From positions 115,568,001 to 115,632,000 of the forward strand of contig OX597817.1 in NCBI GenBank assembly GCA_951406725.2: a stretch of DNA of 64,000 nucleotides, in the 5' to 3' direction. Positions 52,728 through 64,000 of this stretch are shown here, one piece after another. Origin of the DNA: Octopus vulgaris. Taxonomy: Eukaryota. The notes under the pieces are model-generated. The model saw only the letters and a program-made list of their open reading frames with translations, was not told where the DNA came from and ran no database searches. Within the stretch, counting starts at the first letter, position 1, and each line of letters begins with the position of its first letter. Both the position numbers and the translations under genes were made by a program.

Positions 52728-55700
52728 TGTTTCATAATTAGACAGAATAATCATCACGCTGGGCAAAGTGTTTCGCGGCTTTTTATCTGTCGGCGGCAAG
52801 AATGACTTTGCCTTTTATCATCTTTTGGGGCCTATAAAATAAGCACCACTTGAGTGCTGGCTCGATTACTTAGACAAGCCCTCTCCGCACAAATTTCAGG
52901 TCTTGCGAAAGGGTATTAGGCAGGTAGTTTCTTGCAATATTGGAATGTGCAAAGGAGAGGCGACCATATTTATATGAGATTAGTTGTCCAGTGTTTCACA
53001 ACAGTTCTCTCTAACATTTTATTTTAAAAAAGCGAGAGAAACTTGAAGTGCTTTGCTCGTTTAACGGTTTTTGTCAAGGAGATTTAATCTCATAAACAGA
53101 AAAGTCTCTACATAGTGACTCATACTGCTGCAAATGTTCATATTACACCGATCAATTCTAAAAATGGGAGGTTTCCTTAACTGTCTTAGATACCATTGAA
53201 AAGTTAGGCTACTACGCCTGGAATACCTTTCAATATGATTCTACGTATTCACGAGTTGATCTAGGGAAACCATAATAACAGCGAATGTCGAATACCCGTC
53301 TAGTAAAATCGCGAAATATTCTTTCCCTATAAAGTGTTGAAGTAGACATTTGTCACATTTACGATATCTCAATGCCTATAATATTGAACTTTACTTTCCT
53401 GTGATACTGCATTATATACTTATAGATCAATAGCTAGCCTCTTGAGAGTTGTGCATCTTTGCAACAATCATATTGCAATCATAAAAGCCGGTAATCTCTT
53501 ATGCTGTCAACATAGCAATGAAAGTATTTAAGCGCAAAAACAATATTTTTTTATGAGGAAGTGAATGAGTATATAATATACATGCAGTTCGCAAGTGTAT
53601 TGGTTATATTAAGTAAAAGAAATCGCTTTAGCGAAAATCAGGTCTGTTGTGTCCCCTTAACGTTTTCGATCGATTAGTACAATCTAAATTACTTGACTCA
53701 TTTATAAAATCTTGTGTCACTAAATTTAATGAAATAATTAATCGAATTGGATTATACAAATTTTATTTTGCGCTGTAGTCAATAACCTGGATTAAGTCAA
53801 GTGCTAATAACAAACAAAATCTGACCTTCAACTGGATTGTTGGTTGCAGCTATTTTAGCAATTTCTACTATTTCGTTAATCAATTCGGGAAATTTATGAA
53901 CACAACTGCACATGTCAATCAGATGGGACTAACCACTATTTAATGGAATATTTTCATCACGGAACGTCAGACATCTGACATTATACTTGCAGTGGTGAAA
54001 CATTTTTTTTTCTTTGTATTTGTACTAATATGTTATTTAAAAGAAAGCAAAATTATTCGGAAGGGAAACGTAATAGGGAATTAAAATGATTCCACGATTC
54101 GATTTCTTCTGTATTGTGAAACGCATACCAGGAGGTCTTTTTCGCATTGTACAAGGTTTTATTTTAAACATACTTTTACGAAATGCGTAAAAGTATTTGT
54201 CACATTCATACCTCTCTATAATTATAGATGAATTAAAATATCATCTCCTTGAAATTGAAACCGGGCTGTATTGTCAGATAATTATATCTCTTCGCTGTGC
54301 TCTACAATTTTCGCTACTTAATTAAATTGTTTACTTTTATTTTGAAATGCGTTTGTATTTATGTATTCCAGTGGCCTGTCCGTGTAGATTTGTTTATAAT
54401 GTATACGTATCTCATTCAGCATTTTAGTGCTGTTTGGTACGTAGATCGTTGCAATAATATAGAACGTAGCAGACAAAGAAATGATAACTGAATTAACAAA
54501 TAATTATAAGAACTTCGTTTCTATAATTATTGCTTTAGTACTAAGAAAGAATGCAAAAGCTTTCAAACAAATACTTTTGTACAGTCATCGACTTACTTTC
54601 GGATTTTTGCACTGCCACCGCGATCTTAAACTACAGAAACATCAGCCACTAGCGATGTTTCAGGCGAGCGATAGAATCCATTCTTAGCAGAATCCGAGTA
54701 ACTGCAATACAGGACTAACTAGGTTGGATAGTACATCTCACTTTACCGGAGATACATAGAAGTTACTACCGAAACCGAAACGTAACTGCAAGAATCCTGG
54801 CTTCAAACGGTTCTCTCTGCATAAAATTCAAAATAGAACAACCAACAGTGTTTGCATCCCTCCTTAATTCATCTAGGCCAAATAATGTTTCAACGAAAAA
54901 GAATGTTTAAAGCCATACAGAACCGAGATAAATATGTGGCAGCGGACGATCAAATTTTAACTTAAACTAATCAAAATGGGTGCAGTTTCGTACATAGGGT
55001 ATCGTGCTTGACAAAAATAATACGTTAATTTAAACTAAAAGAAAGCCGGATGTCTGAAAGCTATTTTATTTGGAAATAGAATTCTAGTCTAAACGTTGGA
55101 GGATGGCTCGATACGTAGATCAACGTATTCAGTGTCACAGAAAAACTGTGCTATAAGATTCACGTGTCCAGCAGGGAACTCTAGAGAACATGCATCCCTT
55201 TGTCGAAGAATTCTAATCCAAACATACTCATAAATATACCTAATTCCAAGAATCAAGACAAGGCATCAGTTATTTGTTCGTCTGTCTGTTCTGTATCCAG
55301 CTATTTATATAGCGTCTTATCTGATATAGAACAACAATATCGAATACACATACAGAAGTTATGTGCTTTACTAGATAGTGGAGAGACTGCACACTTATAT
55401 ATATATTCTCTTCAATGTGTCGGTCGTTAAACCACCTGAAAGTTATTGACAAGTTAGACAACTCGCATTAGGTTCAAAAACGAAAAAAACATCGATGTTT
55501 ATTGCTCCGGAATGGAACCTGATGCGAATTAACTTGCTTTTCTACGACTTCTAGGTATCTCACCACCAGGCGCACGCAAAGAATATCTCTCTTACGCATA
55601 GAAGCACAGCCTACTCACGAACTACAAAACACAAAACTTGTGTATGTGTGTTCGATGTTGTACGCACACACACACACACTGACACACACACACACACACA

Positions 55701-55917
55701 TATATATATATGTATATATGAAATATATACATATTCATTTATTTTATATATATATATATGCATATGTATGCATGTATTTATACACATAATATATGTGTAT
55801 AAATATATACATATACATACATATTTTTATAAACAGAGCTATTAGAAATGATCAATCCGGCCAAAATATTTCACAAGATATCTGTTGGCACACCAGGATA
55901 ACAATATTGTTTATTAT

Positions 55918-57764
55918 TGCGGCGAGAGCATGACACCCTCTGACGATAATAGACGGTCCACTACATATAAATAGTAGCGGTCTCTGGTGGGCTTCGAAGT
56001 CCTGGTGCAGGTTACTCTCTTGGAAATATTGATTTACTCTCTTGGAAATATTGATTGTTGGTTGATAAAAGATTGTTGGTTCATTATGTGTTTGTTATGG
56101 CCGCTGTTTCTATTTTGTAATGTTATAACACTATGACAGTGTATTCTTTATCTATTGATGACAATATCAACCGTAGTACGATTTTGGAGGCGAAAGGAAA
56201 TACCATCTGGTGACGAAGATTTTTCGAAGCTCACGTAGGTTATTTGACACTTTGTGCGTCATGCAAATTGTTAAATTATGGAGAACCTATTAGCTGCAGT
56301 AATGCAGCTTCAAGAGAAGCAACAGGAACAACTACAGGAGTTGTAGAAGCAAAAATTACTACGACAACAACAATAACAAAAACTACAGTTAATTGAGTTA
56401 CAGTCAAGGGAGTCCGAAAATTCGTTTACGCCAAATGGCGTGGCGAACTAGATTTCTGAATTCACTTATAATCCAGAGGAGGGTATTACGTTTCCTGCGT
56501 ACTATAGAAGCTACAAGGAAATTTTTAACAAAGATTGCAAGTCATGGTCGGATGAGGAGAAAGTGAGGTTATTACTACGCAAGGTAGCTCCGGCCGAGTA
56601 CGAAAGCTATTGTAACTTTATTTTGCCGAAAACGTCGAGTGAAATCAGATTCCAAGAAAATATTGAATGACTATCAAAGATATTTTCTGAGAAACTTCGT
56701 TATTTAACACTGGAGTTGGAATTTAACAAAAAATTGACTGTGATAAGTTTATTATATACGCTGGAGTAGAACTGAATGTGTGAAAAGCTTAAACTTCAGG
56801 AACTCATTCAGGATATGTTTAAATCTCTTAGCTTCGTACAAGGCATTACGGCAACCGAAGATAGAGAGATTCGGACGAGGATTCTCACAAAAATGGAGTA
56901 AGGGAATCAAGACTTAAGCCTACAGACCATTGTAGGAGAATGTAAAAATATTGTAAACCTGAAGCACGACGGGACAAGAGATTTAGAGAAATATTCCGCA
57001 AAAGTACAGATGTATAGACCCGGAAGGTTCAACGAAAAAAGTGTTCCAGGCTCTAATCTATGTTACGATGTGGAGGCCTATACTTCAGAAAAGATTATCC
57101 GTTTAAAAACCGAAAATGCTATAGTTGTCAGATATTTGGGCACAAGACCTCACACTGCAGGACAAAAAGAAGGCTGGGAGGATGGCCTTGTAAGTAAAAC
57201 AAAAATTAGGAAGTATGATGTATCAAATTATAGGATCACGCTGGGAACATAGGAGATACATAAATCAACTAAAAATGAGACACACGAAAGAACGGAGTGA
57301 AATTCCTATAGTATTTTTTGATATATTCGATGTCCCAGCACCTAAAGAATTGGAGTCCCTGAGAACAAGCATCAGAAAACGGAAGCAGACCGAACACCTT
57401 GAGATAAGGACCAACCAAGATACTAAAAAAATAATAAATGAATAAAATTTCTTTATTCCTTCGGAACTCGAAATTTCAAAACGGTAGATATGGCGACTGT
57501 ACGACACCCTCTGGCGAGAATAGACAGGACTACTCTATATAAATAGTAGGGGTCTGACACAGTCGGCAATTCGTAGTTTGGTCTTTGAAGTCCAGGTGCA
57601 GTTTACACTTCGAGTTAGTGTGTTGGAAATATTGATAGTTGGTTCGTAAAAGATTGTTGGTCCATTGCGTGTTTGTTACTGCCACTGTTTCTATTTTGTA
57701 ATGTTATAACATTGTTACAGTGTATTCTTTATCTATCGTCGACAATGTCAACCGTACTACGATA
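55918..57764 (+). mobile_element. Gypsy/Ty3-type LTR retrotransposon, internally deleted (LTRs about 55918-56182 and 57489-57764; decayed gag about 56278-57160; integrase C-terminal tail about 57165-57280)
   Basis: Two homologous LTRs with TATAAATAG; gag motif EFTYNPEEGITFPAYYRSYKEIF...WSDEEKVRLLLRK...YCNFILPK; zinc knuckle CYSCQIFGHKTSHC; WEHRRYINQLKMR tail; purine-rich AAAACGGTAGA before the 3' LTR. Confidence 0.88.
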
Positions 57765-57975
57765 TTGGCGGTGTAAGGATGTAAGGATATAACATTTACA
57801 TTAGTAGAGAACTGCGCATATTCTTACGACAGGGTTCGAAGTTATAGTTCATCACCATTCTATATTGGGAATCTGTAGTTTCGCTCCAGTGAAGCTGGTT
57901 TATATGCAGAGTGAAATATAAGACAAGGTATAAGACAATAGTCATTACATATGTTTCCTTTATTTGAGTAAATTT

Positions 57976-58097
57976 AGCTTACAGCTGTTTCCAGTAGTCA
58001 TTATAGGTACATCACTGATAGGTTTCCTCAACTGGCCTATTGGTAAATTGATAAACATTGAACGACCTAAAAAGTTAATGCTAATATCGTCAGAGCC
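57976..58097 (-). ncRNA. Type-I hammerhead with about 95-nt structured stem II
   Basis: Minus strand: GGCT-CTGACGA-TATTAGCATTA...TAGGT...ATAGG..CCTAT...ACCTA-TAATGACTACTG-GAAAC-AGCT-GTA-AGCT. Confidence 0.65.
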
Positions 58098-58221
58098 GAA
58101 CCGCTAAGTGAACTGGATGTAAACACACCAACAGCTGTTGTCAAGCGTTGGTGGGGCACAAACATAGACACACACACTTACAGACAGACACACGCACACA
58201 CACACATATACACATACACAT

Positions 58222-58252
<31 letters not shown>

Positions 58253-58409
58253 CATATACGACGGGCTTCCTTCAGTTTCTATTCAATCTACTCACACGCC
58301 TTTGGTCGGCCCGAGGCTATAATAGGAAACACTTGCTCAAGGTGCCAAGCAGTGAAACTGAATTCAAAACGATGTAGCTGGAAGGAAACTTCTTACCACA
58401 CAGCCACAC

Positions 58410-58411
<2 letters not shown>
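58095..58411 (-). mobile_element. SINE family C copy
   Basis: GCCGAACCGCTAAGT...CGGGCTTCCTTCAGTTTC...CTTCTTACCACACAGCCAC. Confidence 0.8.
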
Positions 58412-58467
<56 letters not shown>

Positions 58468-58478
58468 ACATGTATGCT

Positions 58479-58516
<38 letters not shown>

Positions 58517-59405
58517 CTTGTATATATATATATATATATATAGTGGTAAAAGACGAAGAGAAGAAAGAGAACTTGATGCACGCCGCATATTTTTAAATGA
58601 TTAATACACTCCTTTGTTTTATATCTTATACATGTCAGATAAGATTTGATTTAACACACAGCAAAGGAAGTGTTAGAAAAAGAAAGACAGTGAAAAAGAG
58701 AAAGAGAGAGAGAGAGAACGCATTAAGAGAGAACTGTTGAGTGTTACTTTTCACTGCTAAAACAAACTGATAAAAAAGCACGAAAACGTATTAATTGTTT
58801 TATGAAATGCATCACCGATGAAAACATATTTCGTATTTATAACATTGCTTAATTTCCTTTGAAAAAAATGTCTACGTAGTATAAAAATCTAAATAGATAC
58901 AAATGTATGTAGTTGATAGCTTATTTGTTATTAATATCATTTTATATCACTTCAGATTTCTACTGACAGAATGAATTTGTGTTTCTTCATCTGGTGACTC
59001 TTTAGAGTATTTTATGCAAATATCATTTGTAACAAAAGAAAACAATAAGGAACAAAATGTTAAACAAAGTTCACTTCTAGCTTGTTTTCTTCATAAACAT
59101 CAGCAAAATGTCATAAAACATTTATACCTTCTTTTGTTTTCATGAATGTTTCGTGTAATTTGATTTATCTACAACGTTCAGGAAATCGAATTCTAAGTAA
59201 GACAGAAACAATAGGGAAATATATTTGTGATTTATTGTATGTTTGTATGGCAGTTTGTGTATTTATAAATAACTATAAAATGCCTGGACATATGTGGATA
59301 AGTGAATAAAACGAACCACTCGCATGCATGAAGTTGTATCTGTCTACCTATTAATCTATTTCTCCGTCTCTATGCGTATATATAAGTGTGTGCCAATCTG
59401 TATGC

Positions 59406-59451
<46 letters not shown>

Positions 59452-59453
59452 AG

Positions 59454-59507
<54 letters not shown>

Positions 59508-60092
59508 TAGCTGAAAGAGCAAGCGCATATCGCACAATTTTATTTATGCATTGAAGTGTAAATACCATTTAAACATACATTTAAGAAAGTATATTTATTT
59601 TTAAAATGTATACAATATACAAGAGTTGAATCATCGAGAGGTATGAAATAAATTATTTCTAACGCTGGAACTTGAAGTGATAAAGTTATAAATAATAACG
59701 TACAATATAGTAGGGTAAAAAACAAACACTTGAATGAAGGAAATTCGGAGGAATCCTTTAAACACAGCATTCCTTCACACCAACATTTCGAATTTTCTCT
59801 TTCCATTTTGGAGTCTTTGTTCTTACCAGCCAGAATTGTAAGATGCTTATAATTAAGTATTTAGAAACTTCGAGAAATATGAAATAAATTATCTCTGATG
59901 GCGGAACTCGTAGTGGATAAAGTTATAAATAATGGTGTGTACAATATCATGTTTCAAACACACCGCCGAATAACTAGCAGCAGTAATAATAATAGTCGTC
60001 GTCGTGAAGTTGTTCCCCCCTAGGGTTTTAATAGAAATCGGGTTCTTCGACCCCTTGTCTTTATTTCTTATTACACACAGCCGTGTAAACGT

Positions 60093-60123
<31 letters not shown>

Positions 60124-60219
60124 CAAACATATACACACATACACACATACACTCACATGCATGTATATGCACCAACGTACATATACACATATAAATATAC
60201 ACATACACACATACCCATG

Positions 60220-60308
<89 letters not shown>

Positions 60309-60383
60309 TAATACACACATACATATACACACATACACACATATGTATTCACATACATGCATATAAAAAAAGTCTCAGTGTTG

Positions 60384-61395
60384 CTAGTTTTGAGAATTTA
60401 GATTCAGTCGATATTTTCTTACGAAATGCATTTCCTTGCTAACGCTTTGATTTTGGCTAGTATTGTCTTTGAATTTGTATAGTGGAAACGTTGTGAATTT
60501 GGGAGGTTTTTGGGAAGCACATTCATCGATGAGCTGGCTGAGAGGTATTTTCCTGTATTCCGGAATTCTAATTTGAGATTTGTGCATCGCCATCCTCTGA
60601 CGTAGGCTGTTTTTGTATGTCCAATATATTGCCTTTTTCATCCCGTACATGTAATTAAGTAAATCAAGTTCTCCGATACACATGTAAAATTAGTTTTTGT
60701 AGTGAAATTATGGCCGTGTTCCAATCGGTGTTCTGATCTTTCTACTATGTTGAACTAAATCCCACAGTTGGGTCTCCCGCATTTTTTACTGTCGGTTTAG
60801 TGGTTATAGTGGAGTGTAATTTGATCTGGGTTAAAATCGTTTTCATTGATTTTGGTTGTCTCTTACTTTTCATGATTGTGTGCGTTTTGAGGATTTGATT
60901 CATCTTTGGGTATCCCATCAGTAGAGCTGCGCTATGGAGTATAGTATTGAAAGCCTCATTGTTATGTGGGTTGTGTGTGGAAATGTAAGGCTGGGTTTTC
61001 AATTTTTCTTCCTCCTTTCGTTTGGTTGTCTAAGGTCTTGTGTATTTAACTTAAGTACTCGTTGATCGCATTGTCGAATTAAGGGTTGTGGGTAATTCCT
61101 ATTGATGAGTGTGATTTCAAATTCCTGGAGTCGTATGTAACAAGTGTTTGCGTCAGATACTATTGTGTAAATTCTTTTGGCTAAACAAAATGAGATATTC
61201 ATCCTGGTGTGTCTTGTTTCAAGTCCGTGGGTTTGTAATAGATACCTGTCTCTATTTTGTTACTGACTTCCTTTATAAGGATATATAAAACAGTACTTCT
61301 TCCTGGTTGTACTTTATCGTAAATTGGAGGTTTTCATTAATTCCATTTAGAAGTATTTGGAATTCTTTAAGCTTTTCTACACTTTCATTCCAGAG
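60384..61395 (-). mobile_element. Penelope-like element ORF relic: RT C-terminus/thumb, linker and GIY-YIG endonuclease
   Basis: Frameshifted ORFs: LNGINENLQFT, IYYKPTD, NISFCLAKRIYTIVSD...LINRNYPQPLI, PYISTHNP...SKRQPKSMKTILT, SLRQRMAMHKSQI...KEMHFVRKYRLNLN; bounded by TA-rich microsatellites. Confidence 0.88.
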
Positions 61396-61463
61396 GTATA
61401 TATATATATATATATATATGATGTGTGTATGTATGTATACATACAATATATGTATAAATAATG

Positions 61464-61509
<46 letters not shown>

Positions 61510-61848
61510 TGTGTGCCTGTGCCTGTGCGTTTATGACTATCTTTCCACTGTGTGTGGCTGAGTGTTTGCTTGTATTTTTGGAGTGTGTGCGCATATATAT
61601 ACACATATATATTTTCTTCTTTCTCTTCGATTAAATATAATTGCCTTTTGGACATACACTTTTTTTTATATACACTGGTGATGAATTCCTCACTGGTGAT
61701 GCCTTCCTTGTATATTTCTCAAATGTATTTTTGTTTCTAAATACATTGCACTCCAGATTCCAGGCTCCGTCGATGCTATAGAATGCTATTCAGGCATTTA
61801 ACTACACGTCCATTTCATCTTATACTAGAAACACATATATATATATAG

Positions 61849-62110
61849 TGAAGGCGCGTGGCCTACTGATTAAGATGTTACACTCACCATCGCTAAATCG
61901 TGGATTCAATTCCCTGACTGAGCGGTGCATTATGCTCTTGAGCAAAACACTTCATTTTTAGGTTACTCAGATCCCCTTTCAATCAGAGGAGGGTGTTTGC
62001 CTGCTTATCTATCCAGCAGCGTCATTTGAACGTCGATATAGTACAAAACCGTATTGTGATCAGCGATGTGTAAGAACACCTGATGGCCTGGTCGGTCACG
62101 TGATCCCGTG
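61849..62110 (+). mobile_element. tRNA-derived SINE (family D-like)
   Basis: GAAGGCGCGTGGCCTACTG...GGATTCAATTCCC...CTTGAGCAAAACACTTCA. Confidence 0.65.
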
Positions 62111-62160
62111 ATTTATACATATATGTATTTATGTGTGTGTATGTGTGTATGTATATGTAA

Positions 62161-62387
62161 TTATTTATTGCCCACAAGAGGCTAAACAGAAAGTGGACAA
62201 ACAAGGTAAGACAAAGGGACTAAGTCGATTACATCGACCCCAGTGCGTAACTGGTACTTATTTAATCGATTCCGAAAGGATGAAAAGCAAAGTCGACCTA
62301 GGCGGAATATGAACTGAGATCGTAGCGGCAGACGAACTACCACTAAGCACTTCGTCCGGCGTGCTAACGATTCTGCCAGGTCGTCGC
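62161..62387 (-). mobile_element. SINE family B copy
   Basis: Reverse complement of the 14679 element (TAAGTCGATTACATCGACCCCAGTGCGTAACTGGTACTT...GTGCTAACGATTCTGCCAG). Confidence 0.9.
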
Positions 62388-62642
62388 ATGTGTGTATATG
62401 CATTAAATGATTGATGGGAAGACAGAAGGTACTGTAAGCTTTATTTAGCACGACGGACGTTTCGGTTTGCAGTTGCACTGCTCCCTAGTGGGTAGTCAAT
62501 TATATAATGGAATCGAATACAACCCACAGAGGAACAGACGAAACTTCTCCTGCACACTACTAGGAAATACCCCAAACAAGTTTTGGATAGTATATTATAA
62601 AGTCTCCTATCTAAACTTTAATTTCAAAGATAACCATGTATA

Positions 62643-62678
<36 letters not shown>

Positions 62679-62720
62679 TGTATGTATGTATGTATGTATG
62701 TATGTATGTATGTATGTATG

Positions 62721-62765
<45 letters not shown>

Positions 62766-62950
62766 GATTGATTGATTCTAGCTTCAGCTCACGAGCTGGG
62801 GCCATGCTGGGGCACTGCCATATATATATATATATACATATACAAAATTTAAAAATAAGATATAATCTTTATAAGAATTTATCAATTAGTTAGCGTGAAA
62901 AACCTTATAAGAGAAAAATCCACCAATTTTTCTCTTAAATATATTTATTT

Positions 62951-63218
62951 ATATTATATAGAGGGCGTTACTATACATAAATGCCACACGCTAGGAGGGA
63001 CTTTTAAAGTCAAAACTACCAAAACATATAAACACATCTTAGCGAAAGCGAGGGAATGCAATTCTCGAAGCTGCATTCTGAATTCTGTTTTTAGTGGCTA
63101 TCTTCGAGAGTTGCATTCCTTCGCTTTCGGTACATGTTTATTTATTTTGGTAGTTTTTACTTTAAGCGTCCCTCTTAGCGTCTGGCATTTATGTATAGTA
63201 ATGACCTCTATGTAATAT
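62951..63218. repeat. Hairpin element: about 118-bp imperfect inverted arms with about 31-nt spacer, TA-flanked
   Basis: TAGAGGGCGTTACTATACATAAATGCCA...GAATGCAATTCTCGAAG versus CTTCGAGAGTTGCATTC...TGGCATTTATGTATAGTAATGACCTCTA. Confidence 0.9.
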
Positions 63219-63244
63219 ATATATATATATATTCTAGAGACACG

Positions 63245-63305
<61 letters not shown>

Positions 63306-63798
63306 AAATATTCAATATAGATGCAGATGATTTTTAATTATTTACATTCTGTATTGCAATTATACAGGAATTCATCGAGTCGTTGACAAACATTTCGACT
63401 TGATACTTTACACATGTGTGATGGTTATTGCTTCGCGAAGAACTTTCAGAACTAAGATTACTGACGGCTATACTTACAAAGAAAAATCAAAGAACCAATA
63501 AAATCTGCCAAACCGAATTACTAATCATTCATTTCTCTGAAAAGGGTTTCTATTGATTATACACTGACGTTATTTTGCGTAAAACAATTTCTGCTAAACA
63601 GCAGTGTCCATCTTTAATGTTGAACAATCGGTACCTTAAGCTTAACTCCAGTACACTATCACTCGATTTTATGAATTAATATATATATGGTGTGTGTGTG
63701 TGTATGTGTATTTGTATGTGTGTGTATGTGTGTGTATGTTATATATACTTTTACGCGCACACATAGACACACATACACATACATACACATATACATAG

Positions 63799-63854
<56 letters not shown>

Positions 63855-63904
63855 TTATATGTATATATATACATATATATATGTGTGTATATATATATAT
63901 ATTC

Positions 63905-63935
<31 letters not shown>

Positions 63936-64000
63936 TACATATACATACATATATGTATATATATGTATATTGTTTGTATGTATATATGCATATATATCGA

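Noticed and set aside
59506-60060. Possible Helitron/Helentron-like element starting ACTAGC after a TA run
   Set aside because: Sub-terminal hairpin and 3' end could not be confirmed.

Overview
AT-rich eukaryotic (metazoan) non-coding DNA, dense in (TA)n/(CA)n/(AAT)n microsatellites and transposon remnants. The SINE families and composition resemble an octopus (coleoid cephalopod) genome; this is an inference, not a search result. No intact host protein-coding gene is visible. Recognisable relics: Tc1/mariner transposases, a Gypsy-type LTR element reduced to gag plus an integrase tail, R4/Dong-like and RTE LINE fragments, a Penelope-like element (PLE) RT-thumb/GIY-YIG fragment, several tRNA-derived SINE families, a hAT MITE and a tRNA-Leu(TAG) pseudogene. 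The most interesting signal is about ten type-I hammerhead ribozyme (HHR) motifs from roughly seven sequence families between 31 and 58 kb. Most sit in short non-coding units with inverted or tandem pseudo-LTR arms embedded in (TA)n tracts, as expected of PLE-derived or retrozyme-like elements, and two families have unusually long stem II insertions. Several long foldback palindromes are also present. All structures were paired by eye and none has been validated computationally.
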